A DNA stretch of 64,000 bases from an uncultured Jutongia sp. (GCA_964409845.1 CAYPEW010000016.1:383-64382), one strand, 5' to 3'. Counted from the first letter of the stretch, positions 27,427 to 38,584 are shown. The notes: a model not told the origin generated them from the sequence alone. Made by a program: numbers and translations.

Positions 27427-28539
27427 CTATTTCTGCGTTTTCTCTGAACAGAAAACCAGTATGGTGGAAATGGCGCCAAATACACAGCCGGCTACCGGCC
27501 AGACAATCCAGCTGCGCCCCCAATCCCCAGTAATGAAACTATATGCGAGAAATCCTGCTGTAACCAGGCACCAATAGGCACCAGAAACGGCTGCAAGTAA
27601 CGGACTCTTTTCATTTCTCTTTCGTTTTTGCATGTCAGCAAAACCATTCTGCTGTAATAATACATTGTAACATTCCTTTCGCATGCCAGAGGATACAAAA
27701 AGATATACAGCGATTGCAACGAAAATGAGTAATACAATGGTGGGAAGCTCTCCCATATCGTTATGTATAGATCCAGATTCGATTTCGATAAATTGTCTAC
27801 TCTTGTTGATTGCTTCGACAATCAGATAAGCGGTGACGGCAATAATACATAGCACTACGCCTGTCGTAATTCGTATCATAAATGTGTGGGAATACTTCTC
27901 ATATTCCTCTTTTATTTGTTTTCGGCTTGTTTCTAATAATTGAAATGGCTCTTTTTTTAGATAATTGTATTTATCTAATTTCATTCCAGAAGTAATAAAT
28001 AGTATTACCGCAGGGGCCACACAAAGTAACAGTGCAATGGTATTCTGCCCATAGAGGGAGGACTCTTCCATTACCAGATTGAGTATGACACCTGTGATAC
28101 AAAGTGCAACACCGAAAGCAACTGCTTTTGATGTCTTGAAGCAGACGGTCTGATATTCCTGGATTTCTTCAGTGCGGAGTATTCTGGCAGTTTTGGTATT
28201 ATGTGGAGTATTCTGAGCCAATTCTTGTGGGTTTTGTGTAAACGAATCTTTGTTTTGAAAATTATTTTCTATAGAGTAATCGTTTTCTATAGGGGTATTA
28301 TTTTCTATTATAGATGTAGATGCAGCATTCTCTGGGAAGGAAATGTCCTCTTTTAAAAGATAGTCTGTAGATACTCCGAATATCTGGCTCATCAGCACGA
28401 GTTTGTCTAAATCCGGTAGAGACTGGCCGGATTCCCATTTGGATACTGCCTGTCTGCTGACCTCCATATGTTCTGCCAGTTGTTCCTGTGACCAGCCCAG
28501 TCGTTTTCGTTCATTAAATATTTTTTCTGCTAATTGCAT
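27427..28539 (-). CDS. XRE-family HTH regulator fused to a membrane domain
   Basis: WSQEQLAEHMEVSRQAVSKWESG HTH, multiple TM helices, SWIVWPVAG C-terminus. Confidence 0.88.
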   Translation of the reverse strand: MQLAEKIFNERKRLGWSQEQLAEHMEVSRQAVSKWESGQSLPDLDKLVLMSQIFGVSTDYLLKEDISFPENAASTSIIENNTPIENDYSIENNFQNKDSFTQNPQELAQNTPHNTKTARILRTEEIQEYQTVCFKTSKAVAFGVALCITGVILNLVMEESSLYGQNTIALLLCVAPAVILFITSGMKLDKYNYLKKEPFQLLETSRKQIKEEYEKYSHTFMIRITTGVVLCIIAVTAYLIVEAINKSRQFIEIESGSIHNDMGELPTIVLLIFVAIAVYLFVSSGMRKECYNVLLQQNGFADMQKRKRNEKSPLLAAVSGAYWCLVTAGFLAYSFITGDWGRSWIVWPVAGCVFGAISTILVFCSEKTQK

Positions 28540-28791
28540 ACGGACCTCTTTTCTGCACTGCCTTATTGTATGAAGCTGATATTGTGCCGCAGTGCAGACA
28601 CAATACTTACTTATGTTTTTCATGCAATATCATACAGTAGTATCTCTATTCTTTCCACTATGTTTAGCTTGAAATTTGTCAACGAACACCTTGAATTTTG
28701 TCAACTAATGGTTGCAAATGCCGAAAAATAGGGGTTTTCAACGATCTAATATAAATACCAAAAAATAGTAGTAAATTACACCTGCTGGATA

Positions 28792-28820
28792 TTGACAAGG
28801 TAAAACAAATTGTTTATGAT
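28792..28820 (+). promoter_or_regulatory. sigma-A promoter of the ABC exporter operon
   Basis: TTGACA-17 nt-TATGAT. Confidence 0.65.
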
Positions 28821-28885
28821 TACGGAACACATGTTTTGTGTTTTGAAGCTTATTGTGTTAGACAGAAAACAGAGGGAGGACTAGT

Positions 28886-30709
28886 ATGAAGCAGAAGAAC
28901 AAAAAAGACAGTGTAATAGGTAGCATTTGTAATGCGATTTCCCTGATTTATCAGGGCGATCCTGCGATTGTATATTTTTCTTTTTATAAAAACATATCGG
29001 AAGCTATATTTAATGCTATCTATAGTATTTACCTGATTAAATTTATTTATGAAAGCATTGAGAATCATATTGATTTTCGCAAGCTGTTTGTCATGGTTAG
29101 TATTTTTTGTATTGTCCATGTGATTATTCATCTGACTTCTTCCTTTCATAGTTATTGTCAGAAGATTGCAGAGATGAAGGTGTATCGCCATATTTTTGGC
29201 AAAATCATGGATCGGGCAAAACGAATTACGATTGACCAGTATGAAAATCCAGATTTTTACGATAATTTTTCCCGGGCATTGGATGAATCTCTGGAGCGGG
29301 GGATTTGGGGAATGTTGTGGACAACCTGGGGAGTGGGAGCTGTCCTCGGCAGTGCCACAGCCATGATTATTCTGGCTTCCGTGGATATAATGCTGATTGT
29401 ATTTGCCATTCCACCAGTAATCGGCAGCCTGTATTTTGGAATCCGGGAGAGTGCGGAGCAATTTGCGGCACGTCGGGAAGAGACTGTTGGCAAACGGAAA
29501 ATGGAATATGCCAAACGTGTTTTTTATGAGAAGAAATACGCAGGGGAATTGCGTTTGTACCCGGTTTCCAAAGTGTTATTTGGGATTCATAGGGACGGCT
29601 ATATGGAGCGATATGAGAAAAACCAGTCCCATCAGCGGAAAATCGCTGTCTACCGTTTGATTGAGACTTTACTGTTTGCTGGATTAGTTACTATGGGATC
29701 TTATCTCTATATCACATACCGTCTGAAGATTGGCGGTAGTACTGCGGTGGCAGCTTATATCGCCATGATTGCGGCAGTGGGATATGTGGTCAACTCCATT
29801 AATACAGCGATTGAATACTTTTCTCAGTCGGGCAAGTTGTGTATGTATATGAATCATATCAGGGAGTTTATGGAATGTGAGATTGAAGCGGTAACAGAGG
29901 ATACTATTATGCCGGGGTCTTCCATGGGAGATATTTTCTTTGATAAGGTTTCCTATCATTATTCTGGCAGCGACCAGATGATTATTCAGGATCTGACGAT
30001 TAGGATTCGACAGGGAGAGCATATTGCCCTGGTTGGGGAAAATGGTGCGGGTAAAACCACTTTAATGAAATTGTTAATGGGGCTGTATCCGGTATCTGAG
30101 GGAAAGATTCTGGTGGGTGGCAATGATATCAAACGTTATAATATGGATGCCTACCGAGATCATTTTGGCACAGTATTTCAGGATTTTCAGATATTTTCCC
30201 TGCCACTGGGAGAGAATGTGTTGATGAAATCGCCAGAGACAGAGGAGGAGAGGAAACTGGTTATAGATTCCTTAGAAAAGGCACAATTTGGGGATGTCCT
30301 GGAAAAATTGCCGCAAGGGATTGACACCTATTTAACAAAGGAATTTGATGAAAATGGTTTTGTATGTTCTGGTGGTCAGGCACAAAAGGTAGCCATCGCC
30401 CGGGTATTTGCCAAAAATCCGGATGTGGTTATTTTGGATGAACCGTCCAGTGCCTTGGATCCTATTGCAGAATATAACATGTATTGTAATATGATGGAAG
30501 CATCCCAAGGGAAGACAGTTTTCTTTATTTCCCACCGCATGTCCTCTGCCCGGATGGCAGATCGGATTCTGTTTCTGGAGAATGGCAGGATTGTGGAGGA
30601 AGGAACACACCAGGAATTATTGGAAAAGAATGGACGCTATGCGGCAATGTTCCATCTACAGGCACAGAATTACCAGGAGGAAATGGGAGGTGATCTCTAT
30701 GCAGAATAA
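28886..30709 (+). CDS. ABC exporter, fused permease/ATPase subunit 1
   Basis: TM domain, GENGAGKT, CSGGQ signature, ILDEP, ISHR. Confidence 0.92.
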   Translation: MKQKNKKDSVIGSICNAISLIYQGDPAIVYFSFYKNISEAIFNAIYSIYLIKFIYESIENHIDFRKLFVMVSIFCIVHVIIHLTSSFHSYCQKIAEMKVYRHIFGKIMDRAKRITIDQYENPDFYDNFSRALDESLERGIWGMLWTTWGVGAVLGSATAMIILASVDIMLIVFAIPPVIGSLYFGIRESAEQFAARREETVGKRKMEYAKRVFYEKKYAGELRLYPVSKVLFGIHRDGYMERYEKNQSHQRKIAVYRLIETLLFAGLVTMGSYLYITYRLKIGGSTAVAAYIAMIAAVGYVVNSINTAIEYFSQSGKLCMYMNHIREFMECEIEAVTEDTIMPGSSMGDIFFDKVSYHYSGSDQMIIQDLTIRIRQGEHIALVGENGAGKTTLMKLLMGLYPVSEGKILVGGNDIKRYNMDAYRDHFGTVFQDFQIFSLPLGENVLMKSPETEEERKLVIDSLEKAQFGDVLEKLPQGIDTYLTKEFDENGFVCSGGQAQKVAIARVFAKNPDVVILDEPSSALDPIAEYNMYCNMMEASQGKTVFFISHRMSSARMADRILFLENGRIVEEGTHQELLEKNGRYAAMFHLQAQNYQEEMGGDLYAE

Positions 30710-32549
30710 TGGAAAAGAGACACAGGAAAAGCTGCCGATCAGCCGAATCCTCAGCAACTATGCTTATCTGTTACAGTATGCATTTCGCAAGGATGCCAGC
30801 CTGATATTTATGATATTTGCGGCTTTTGTATTGGGTGGTGTGGGGTATGCCAGCATGGACACCATTTTTATGAGAGCATTCATTAACTATCTGTCAGACC
30901 CGGCATATACTTTCGGACAGACAGCAGTATTGGTGGCAGTGGCGACGGTGGGCATGGCATTTCTAATGGCATTTGACCGCAGTGCAGAGAGTTTTGCCAC
31001 CCCACGGATCATTCGTATGACTGGCATGATGCAGGAGGAAATGGTAAAAAAGGCAGTACGGATGGATCTGATTTGTTATGACTGTGATGAATACTATGAT
31101 GATTTTGTCGTGGCGGCATCTCAGCTGGAAGACATGGTAGTTACAGCGATTTTTGACCTGGCGAGAATGGGCAGAAATGTTACGACGGTTCTGGTTTTGT
31201 CCGGTTTGATTACTTTCATTGATCCGGTGATTGCCCTGTTTCCTATTTTGGGATTCTTCATCAATGCCTTTTCCCGTTTCAAAATTATGAAACTGGAATA
31301 TCAGTATGACGTGGAAAAGAAAACCATCATGCGTCGGGCGAATTATTCCAAACGGGTATTTTATCAGCCGGAATATGCCAAGGAAATTAAACTTTCCCAT
31401 ATTGAAATACCTTTGCAGAAGCAGTTTCATCAGGCAATTGACGAAACCATTGACATATCTAGAAAGTATGGTGTTCAGATTTCCCTGTGGTCCTTGGTTA
31501 ACTGGATCGCTGTGTTCACGGTTTTGTCGATGTGCTGTGTTCCACTCTATCTGGGATATATGGCGCTGGTAGTATGCAGTATCGGCTTGGGGGATGTGGC
31601 AGCCTTGAACAATGCCCAGGGCATCATGCGTAATCAGCTGGATTCCATCAACTACTGCATTGAGCGTATTCAGAGGGCAGGGATGTTCTGTGAGCGTTTT
31701 CGTAAATTTATGAACTATGAGAGCAAGATTGAGGAGGCTGTGGGAGAGGAATCCATTCCAGAGGAGCATTCTGTTCTGGAGATTAAGGATATGAGTTTCC
31801 GTTATGACGGAGCTGACAAAGATACTTTGAAACACATTAGCATGACCATACGTCCGGGAGAGAAGGTAGCATTTGTCGGGGAAAATGGTGCCGGTAAATC
31901 TACTTTAATCAAGTTGCTGATGCGCTTGTACGATGTGACAGATGGCAGTATCCGCTATGGGGAGCATGATATCAGAGAATATAGTACAGGAGAATATCGT
32001 GATATTTTTGGATCTGTTTTTCAGGATTACCAGCTCTACGCTGCTACGGTACAGGAAAATGTCATGATGCAGCAGCCGAAAGCAGAGGATGAGGATAGAA
32101 TCATGGAGGCACTGGACCAGTCTGGTTTTCTGGAACGTCTTCGCACATTGCCGTCCGGTTTAGATACCTCTCTGACCCGTGAGTTTGCAGAAGACGGTGT
32201 GCAGTTATCTGGTGGAGAAGCGCAGAAAGTAGCCATTGCCCGTCTGTTTGCCAAAAAGGATCGCATGCATATTGCTATTCTGGATGAACCGTCCAGTGCT
32301 TTAGACCCCAAAGCAGAATATGACTTGAACAAAAATATTTTGAATAAGGCAGGAGATGCAACGGTAATCTTTATTTCTCACAGGCTTTCTACTACTAGAG
32401 ATGCAGACCGTATCTATATGTTTGAGCATGGAGAGATTATTGAAGAGGGCACTCACCAGGAACTGATGAAATTAGATGGGCAGTACGCCGAGATGTTCCA
32501 ATGTCAGGCAAAATATTATCAGCAGAACCAGGAAATCATTGGGGTGTAG
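30699..32549 (+). CDS. ABC exporter, fused permease/ATPase subunit 2
   Basis: TM domain, GENGAGKS, LSGGE, ILDEP; start overlaps the end of subunit 1. Confidence 0.92.
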   Translation: MQNNGKETQEKLPISRILSNYAYLLQYAFRKDASLIFMIFAAFVLGGVGYASMDTIFMRAFINYLSDPAYTFGQTAVLVAVATVGMAFLMAFDRSAESFATPRIIRMTGMMQEEMVKKAVRMDLICYDCDEYYDDFVVAASQLEDMVVTAIFDLARMGRNVTTVLVLSGLITFIDPVIALFPILGFFINAFSRFKIMKLEYQYDVEKKTIMRRANYSKRVFYQPEYAKEIKLSHIEIPLQKQFHQAIDETIDISRKYGVQISLWSLVNWIAVFTVLSMCCVPLYLGYMALVVCSIGLGDVAALNNAQGIMRNQLDSINYCIERIQRAGMFCERFRKFMNYESKIEEAVGEESIPEEHSVLEIKDMSFRYDGADKDTLKHISMTIRPGEKVAFVGENGAGKSTLIKLLMRLYDVTDGSIRYGEHDIREYSTGEYRDIFGSVFQDYQLYAATVQENVMMQQPKAEDEDRIMEALDQSGFLERLRTLPSGLDTSLTREFAEDGVQLSGGEAQKVAIARLFAKKDRMHIAILDEPSSALDPKAEYDLNKNILNKAGDATVIFISHRLSTTRDADRIYMFEHGEIIEEGTHQELMKLDGQYAEMFQCQAKYYQQNQEIIGV

Positions 32550-32606
32550 GAACCATATGGAATAGTTACCATGGGTAGTATTTGTACTATAGAAAAGGAG
32601 GCTGTT

Positions 32607-32993
32607 ATGGACAAAATAGAACTATATCCATTTTTATTCAGTATGGTAGAGGAGGATCATAGTGCCATTGTCATTTGCAATTTGAAACATGAAATTGTTT
32701 ATATGAATCCGGCAGCAAAGGAGCGTTATGCAAAATGGGGCGGACCGCAGTTGATGGGACAAAATCTGCTGCAATGCCATAATGCTGATTCCAGGCAGAA
32801 GATCGAAAAAGTATTGGCGTGGTTCCGAAAGAGCAAGGATCATAACCGAATATTTACTTTTCATAATGAAAAAGAAAAGAAGGACGTCTATATGATTGCC
32901 CTGCGGGATATGGAAGGTGAATTGATCGGGTATTATGAGAAACATGAATACCGAAGCAGAGAAACCATGGAAATGTACAAAATGGAAGGATAG
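32607..32993 (+). CDS. stand-alone PAS domain protein
   Basis: IVYMNPAA...G+NLLQCH PAS-like pattern; AAGGAGG RBS. Confidence 0.7.
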   Translation: MDKIELYPFLFSMVEEDHSAIVICNLKHEIVYMNPAAKERYAKWGGPQLMGQNLLQCHNADSRQKIEKVLAWFRKSKDHNRIFTFHNEKEKKDVYMIALRDMEGELIGYYEKHEYRSRETMEMYKMEG

Positions 32994-33165
32994 GAAAGGT
33001 ATGTCTGAACTGTCAGGCAGAGATAATTGCTATAATCTCTGGGAAAGTGACAAAAAAATGCCATAAATGTAATTTTGGCTGGTCTCGCAATTTGATTTTT
33101 ACAGGGATCTAGTATATAATGGATTCTGAGTTATGTTTCAAAGTGAATGCAGGAGGATATAGTAC

Positions 33166-35631
33166 ATGAAAGAGATCAATAAGGAAGAATTCAAAAAAGA
33201 AGTAGAAGATTACGTGAAGGTACTTTTCCGTAAAAAGATCAAAGAAGCGGACGATCAGCAATTATTTCAGGCTGTTTCTTATGCGGTAAAGGATTTTATC
33301 GTAGATCAGTGGATGGCAACCCACAGAACATACGAGGAAAAGGATGTCAAGACAGTATATTATCTGTCCATGGAGTTTTTAACCGGTCGCGCTTTGGGAA
33401 ATATCATTATTAACCTCAAGGGAAACAAAGCGATCAAAGAGGCGATTGAAGAGTTGGGTATGAATCTGGATGTCATTGAGGATCAAGAACCAGATGCCGC
33501 ATTGGGTAATGGTGGTCTGGGACGTCTGGCAGCTTGCTTTCTGGATTCACTGTCTACCTTGGGTTATCCGGCATATGGATGTGGTATCCGTTATAAATAT
33601 GGTATGTTTGCCCAGGCGATTGAAGATGGATATCAGGTTGAGAAACCGGATGACTGGTTGAAGGATGGCAACCCATTTGAAATTAAACGTCCAGAATATT
33701 CTGCAGAAGTAAAGTTCGGTGGTTATGTGGCAATTCGCAAGGATGAAAATGGAAAAGATGTCTTTACACAGGAAGATTATCAGTCTGTTCGTGCTATACC
33801 ATATGATATGCCAATCGTAGGTTACAATAATAATGTAGTAAATACACTTTGCATCTGGGATGCGGAAGCAATTAATACATTTAATCTCAGTTCTTTTGAC
33901 AAGGGAGATTATCAGAAAGCGGTTGAGCAGGAAAATCTGGCACGTACTATTTGTGAGGTACTGTATCCGAATGATAACCATATGGCAGGTAAGGAACTGC
34001 GTTTGAAACAGCAGTATTTCTTTGTATCTGCCAGTGTACAGCGTGCGGTCGCTAAATATATGGCTTCACACAGTGATATTCACAGAATTTACGAAAAGGT
34101 ATGCTTCCAGTTAAATGATACTCATCCGACAGTAACTGTTGCTGAGCTGATGAGGATTTTGATGGATGAGTATGGTCTGGAATGGGATGAGGCATGGAGT
34201 ATCACCAATAAGACTTGTGCTTACACCAATCATACAATTATGTCTGAAGCATTGGAAAAATGGCCATTAGAGCTGTTCTCCCGTCTATTGCCTCGTATTT
34301 ATCAGATTATTGAAGAAATTAACCGCCGTTTTATTCTGGATATCCAGGCAGCTTATCCGGGCGATTATGGCAAGGTAGAGCGCATGGCGATTATTTATGA
34401 TGGACAAGTTAAGATGGCACATCTGGCAATCGCTGCCAGCTTCTCCGTAAATGGTGTGGCAAGGTTGCATACTGAGATCTTGAAGAATCAGGAATTAAAA
34501 GATTTCTATTTGATGATGCCGGAGAAATTCAATAACAAGACTAATGGTATTACACAGCGTCGTTTCTTATTACACGGTAATCCATTACTGGCCGACTGGG
34601 TAACCAAGAAAATTGGTGATGACTGGATTACTAATCTGTCTCATATCAATGAATTATCAGTTTATGCAGATGATGAACTGAGCCAGAAAGAATTTATGAA
34701 TATTAAATATCAGAATAAAGTTCGTCTGGCAGAATATATTAAGAAACACAATGGAATTGAAGTCAATCCACGTTCTATTTTTGATGTACAGGTAAAGAGA
34801 TTGCACGAATACAAGCGTCAGCTGTTGAACATTCTGCATGTTATGTATCTGTACAATGATCTCAAGAAAAATCCGGATAAAGATTTCTATCCTAGAACCT
34901 TTATCTTTGGTGCCAAGGCATCTGCAGGCTATCATCGTGCAAAGCAGATTATTAAGCTGATTAACAGTGTGGCTGATGTTGTCAATAATGATAAATCCAT
35001 TCAAGACAAGATCAAGGTGGTATTTATTGAGAACTATCGTGTATCTAATGCTGAGATTATTTTTGCAGGAGCAGACGTGTCAGAGCAAATCTCTACCGCC
35101 AGCAAGGAAGCATCTGGTACCGGTAATATGAAGTTTATGTTGAATGGTGCGCTGACTTTGGGAACTATGGACGGTGCTAATGTTGAGATTGTAGAAGAAG
35201 TTGGTAAAGAAAATGCATTTATCTTTGGTCTGTCTTCGGATGAGGTTATTGCATATGAGCATAATAATCAGTATAATCCGCGGGATATCTACAATATGGA
35301 TTCTGAGATCCGTGAGGTGCTGACACAGTTGGTTGATGGGACTTACGCCCCGGGCAACCCAGAGGAGTTCCGTGATATCTACAATTCTCTGCTGGACGGT
35401 GACGGTGGTCGTGCAGATATGTATTTTATCCTTAAAGACTTCCGTTCCTATGCAGATGCGCAGAGACGAGTTGAGGAGGCATATCGTGATACGGCAGGAT
35501 GGGCAAAATCTGCTATGCTGAATACGGCAAAATGTGGAAAATTCTCTTCTGACCGAACCATTGAAGAATATGCTCAGGAATTGTGGAAGTTAGAAAAGGT
35601 TACCGTAGAGGTACCAGATGATAATGAATAA
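33166..35631 (+). CDS. glgP: glycogen phosphorylase
   Basis: LGNGGLGRLAAC, QLNDTHP, KRLHEYKRQ, EASGTGNMK PLP site. Confidence 0.97.
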   Translation: MKEINKEEFKKEVEDYVKVLFRKKIKEADDQQLFQAVSYAVKDFIVDQWMATHRTYEEKDVKTVYYLSMEFLTGRALGNIIINLKGNKAIKEAIEELGMNLDVIEDQEPDAALGNGGLGRLAACFLDSLSTLGYPAYGCGIRYKYGMFAQAIEDGYQVEKPDDWLKDGNPFEIKRPEYSAEVKFGGYVAIRKDENGKDVFTQEDYQSVRAIPYDMPIVGYNNNVVNTLCIWDAEAINTFNLSSFDKGDYQKAVEQENLARTICEVLYPNDNHMAGKELRLKQQYFFVSASVQRAVAKYMASHSDIHRIYEKVCFQLNDTHPTVTVAELMRILMDEYGLEWDEAWSITNKTCAYTNHTIMSEALEKWPLELFSRLLPRIYQIIEEINRRFILDIQAAYPGDYGKVERMAIIYDGQVKMAHLAIAASFSVNGVARLHTEILKNQELKDFYLMMPEKFNNKTNGITQRRFLLHGNPLLADWVTKKIGDDWITNLSHINELSVYADDELSQKEFMNIKYQNKVRLAEYIKKHNGIEVNPRSIFDVQVKRLHEYKRQLLNILHVMYLYNDLKKNPDKDFYPRTFIFGAKASAGYHRAKQIIKLINSVADVVNNDKSIQDKIKVVFIENYRVSNAEIIFAGADVSEQISTASKEASGTGNMKFMLNGALTLGTMDGANVEIVEEVGKENAFIFGLSSDEVIAYEHNNQYNPRDIYNMDSEIREVLTQLVDGTYAPGNPEEFRDIYNSLLDGDGGRADMYFILKDFRSYADAQRRVEEAYRDTAGWAKSAMLNTAKCGKFSSDRTIEEYAQELWKLEKVTVEVPDDNE

Positions 35632-35673
35632 ACATATCAGATACTTAGGATTAACCTGAGGTCTGCAGCAGGT

Positions 35674-35710
35674 ATGGACAGCTTTGGTAGAAACCGGGGC
35701 TGTCCATCTT
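35674..35710 (+). terminator. terminator-like hairpin after glgP
   Basis: ATGGACAGCTTTGG/CCGGGGCTGTCCAT stem. Confidence 0.6.
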
Positions 35711-35820
35711 GTACAATATGATGCTAATGTCAGAAGTAGATAGCAATTGGTAGCATCAGCTGGGGCAGAATACTTTTTGGCCCCAGCATCAAAATATATG
35801 TATAAGGGAGGTTATTGCGT

Positions 35821-36468
35821 ATGGAAAGATTATTACAAAGACAGGTAAAGATTCCGGCAAAAGTAAACCACAAAATTGAGCTGAAAGTTATTCCAGGGCA
35901 TTTTGCAACCAATCATTCACACATTAATTATTATTTGGATATTACGCCAATTAAATGCCGCCATAATGAGGCGCAGTTGGCAGCGAAGGAGTTTGTCAAA
36001 CAGTACATGCATAATCATATTGTAGATACTATTGTCTGTATGGACGGCTGCGAAGTGATTGGTGCTTATCTGGCAGAGGAATTGACTTCCATGGGAATTA
36101 TGTCAGTCAACACCCATGAATGTGTCAATGTGATTACGCCAGAGATTAATACGGGAGGTCTCATCTTCCGGGAAAATGTGGAGACTATGCTGGAAAATAA
36201 GCATGTGGTACTATTGCTTGCCAGTGCCACTACTGGAAAAACCATTGAACAGACTATACAGGCAATTCAATATTATGGTGGCATGGTGGAAGGGGTATCG
36301 GCGATTTTTGCAGCGGTAGAAAAAGTAAATGATGTTGAGATTGATTCGATCTACCATGTATCGGATATTAATGATTATCAGAGTTACGAGTTGGGCAAAT
36401 GCCCATATTGTCAGGCAAATCATAAGCTGGATGCCATCGTAAACAGTTACGGATTTTCCGTGCTTTAA
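35821..36468 (+). CDS. type I phosphoribosyltransferase-like protein
   Basis: GHFATNHSHINYYLD N-terminus, degenerate PRPP loop VVLLLASATTGKT, C-terminal CPYC. Confidence 0.7.
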   Translation: MERLLQRQVKIPAKVNHKIELKVIPGHFATNHSHINYYLDITPIKCRHNEAQLAAKEFVKQYMHNHIVDTIVCMDGCEVIGAYLAEELTSMGIMSVNTHECVNVITPEINTGGLIFRENVETMLENKHVVLLLASATTGKTIEQTIQAIQYYGGMVEGVSAIFAAVEKVNDVEIDSIYHVSDINDYQSYELGKCPYCQANHKLDAIVNSYGFSVL

Positions 36469-36605
36469 TCGAATGTATCTGGTGCTGTAAGATGAAGTTC
36501 AAGATGGATTTCATTTTTTGAATGAAACACGGTGCATAATATTCCTCCGTTTACAGATAATACTATCATATTGGATAGAAAATATGTAAATGGAGGAATT
36601 TTTAT

Positions 36606-37151
36606 ATGAAAGCAACAGGTATAACAAGGCGGATTGACGATTTAGGCAGGGTAGTAATTCCAAAGGAAATCCGTCGAACATTGCGGATCAGAGAGGGCGA
36701 CCCATTGGAGATCTATACCGACCAGGAGGGCGGTATTATCTTGAAAAAATATTCCACGATGGAGGATCTCAGCGACTTTGCCGGAAAATATGCAGATGCA
36801 TTGGCTCAGACCACGGGCTATATTGTAGCAATTGCTGACAGGGAACACATTATTGCAGCTTCCGGTGCAGGCAGGAAAGAGCTATTACATCAAGCGATTA
36901 GCCGGGAATTAGAAAGGTTGATTGACAATCGGGAGAGTGTTTTGGCTTCTGGAATGGAACAGAGATATCATCCGATTGCGGGGGAGCAGCATCCTTTTTT
37001 TTATGAGGCCGTGCATCCCATTATCTGTGAGGGTGATGCCGTTGGAGCGGTTATTTTATTGAGCAACAATCCTAAAGATACTTTTGGAGAAACGGAGAAA
37101 AAACTGGCGGCTACCGCTGCCAATTTTTTAGGACGTCAGATGGAGCAATAA
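36606..37151 (+). CDS. spoVT: stage V sporulation protein T
   Basis: AbrB-type MKATGITRRIDDLGRVVIPKEIRR plus GAF domain ending FLGRQMEQ; sigma-G-like GCATA...GATAATA upstream. Confidence 0.95.
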   Translation: MKATGITRRIDDLGRVVIPKEIRRTLRIREGDPLEIYTDQEGGIILKKYSTMEDLSDFAGKYADALAQTTGYIVAIADREHIIAASGAGRKELLHQAISRELERLIDNRESVLASGMEQRYHPIAGEQHPFFYEAVHPIICEGDAVGAVILLSNNPKDTFGETEKKLAATAANFLGRQMEQ

Positions 37152-37264
37152 TCTTGACGTGCAATATCTCTTTGTGATAGGATAAACGGGAAGGATAAAG
37201 GGTAGCGGAATGCTATTCACAGGCATTTCGCTGTAAAAAAGTTTCAGTGACAGGAGTGATTTGT

Positions 37265-37603
37265 ATGTCAATGGCGACAATTTTGCAGGAAATGGGATGT
37301 GAAATGGAAGAAACCATGGAGCGTTTCATGGATGACCAGGAATTTTATGTGGAATGTTTTCAGAAGTTTATTGAACACAAAGAGATAGAAACCTTAGGAG
37401 TAACCATGGAATCCGGAGATATAGAGGAATCCTTTATGCGAGCGCACACCTTAAAAGGGACATTAGGTAATCTTGGGCTGACTCCAATATATGATCAGAT
37501 GGTAGTGATTGTAGAGTTCTTGCGGAAGGGAGATATGCAGCAGGCATCAGAGCGATATCAGCGACTGATGGGAGAGTGGGATCGATATAAAAACCTCCAG
37601 TAA
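37265..37603 (+). CDS. Hpt phosphotransfer domain protein
   Basis: AHTLKGTLGNLG motif. Confidence 0.85.
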   Translation: MSMATILQEMGCEMEETMERFMDDQEFYVECFQKFIEHKEIETLGVTMESGDIEESFMRAHTLKGTLGNLGLTPIYDQMVVIVEFLRKGDMQQASERYQRLMGEWDRYKNLQ

Positions 37604-37710
37604 ATCCGTGTTACAGTTGTAGATTATACTTTTCAACTTTTTCTACAATGGTAGAATGTTATAAAATTTTTAATTATTATAATATTTCTTAAGAGAATTC
37701 GCGAAAAACC

Positions 37711-37739
37711 TTGACAAATGGCTACAATAAGGGTATAAA
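37711..37739 (+). promoter_or_regulatory. sigma-A promoter of hup
   Basis: TTGACA-17 nt-TATAAA. Confidence 0.7.
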
Positions 37740-37789
37740 TAAACATGTAAGTTTTACGGAAATATTAATTTATTGAGGAGGATTTATTC

Positions 37790-38062
37790 ATGAACAAAAC
37801 AGACTTAGTCGCAGCAATTGCTGAGAAGACAGATCTTTCTAAGAAAGATTCAGAGAAGGCTTTAAAAGCTTTTATCGAGACTGTAACAGATGAGTTAGCA
37901 AAGGGAGAGAAGATTCAGTTAGTTGGATTCGGTACTTTTGAGGTAGCTCAGAGAGCCGCTCGTGACGGTAGAAACCCATTGACAGGTGAGCCAATGAAGA
38001 TCAAGGCTTCTAAGGCTCCTAAATTTAAAGCAGGTAAGGCTTTAAAGGATGCTGTAAACTAA
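37790..38062 (+). CDS. hup: DNA-binding protein HU
   Basis: MNKTDLV...GFGTF...GRNPLTGE...[14 protein letters not shown]. Confidence 0.97.
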   Translation: MNKTDLVAAIAEKTDLSKKDSEKALKAFIETVTDELAKGEKIQLVGFGTFEVAQRAARDGRNPLTGEPMKIKASKAPKFKAGKALKDAVN

Positions 38063-38087
38063 TTAATTTTTAGCATAATGGTTATAT

Positions 38088-38117
38088 GAGAGGCTGCCGG
38101 ACAGGTAGTCTCTTTTT
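38088..38117 (+). terminator. rho-independent terminator after hup
   Basis: GAGAGGCTGCC/GGTAGTCTC stem with T-run. Confidence 0.6.
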
Positions 38118-38227
38118 GTCTAATAGGAATTGCTTGTAACATAGTGATTATGCAATCAAGAAATCCAAAGGGTTTCTTGCATGGCAAAATGCTGGTTTTG
38201 CCTTATTTCGTTTTATAGGAGAGGATT

Positions 38228-38467
38228 ATGCGTTTAGATAAGTATTTAAAGGTTTCTCGTTTGATTAAGCGGCGTCCGGTTGCCAATGAGGCTTGTGATG
38301 CTGGCAGAATTCGTGTCAATGATAAGGTGGCAAAAGCGTCCCAGAAAATTAAAGTGGGAGATATCATTGAGATCAGCTTTGGAGACAAGGTGGTTCGGGC
38401 AGAAGTTTTGAGCATTACAGAGACCTATAATAAAGAGGAAGCCAAAGAGCTTTATAAACTGTTATAA
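38228..38467 (+). CDS. yabO: S4-domain RNA-binding protein YabO/RqcP
   Basis: MRLDKYLKVSRLIKRR; position between hup and yabP. Confidence 0.92.
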   Translation: MRLDKYLKVSRLIKRRPVANEACDAGRIRVNDKVAKASQKIKVGDIIEISFGDKVVRAEVLSITETYNKEEAKELYKLL

Positions 38468-38523
38468 TATGGTGCTAGGATTAAAAGTTATAGCAATGTG
38501 GCAATCCGTAGTATCATAATATG
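38466..38523 (+). repeat. dispersed intergenic hairpin repeat (partner at 1505-1563)
   Basis: Aligns with 1505-1563, sharing AATATG, TTAAAAGT, AATGT and AATCCGTAG blocks. Confidence 0.65.
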
Positions 38524-38554
38524 CCGGATGCTAAGAAGCAAAAATAGGCTCTAA

Positions 38555-38584
38555 GTCATAATTTGAGAAATCCCTTCATAAATT
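38555..38584 (+). promoter_or_regulatory. putative sigma-E promoter of yabPQ
   Basis: GTCATA...CATAAATT with appropriate spacing. Confidence 0.6.
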
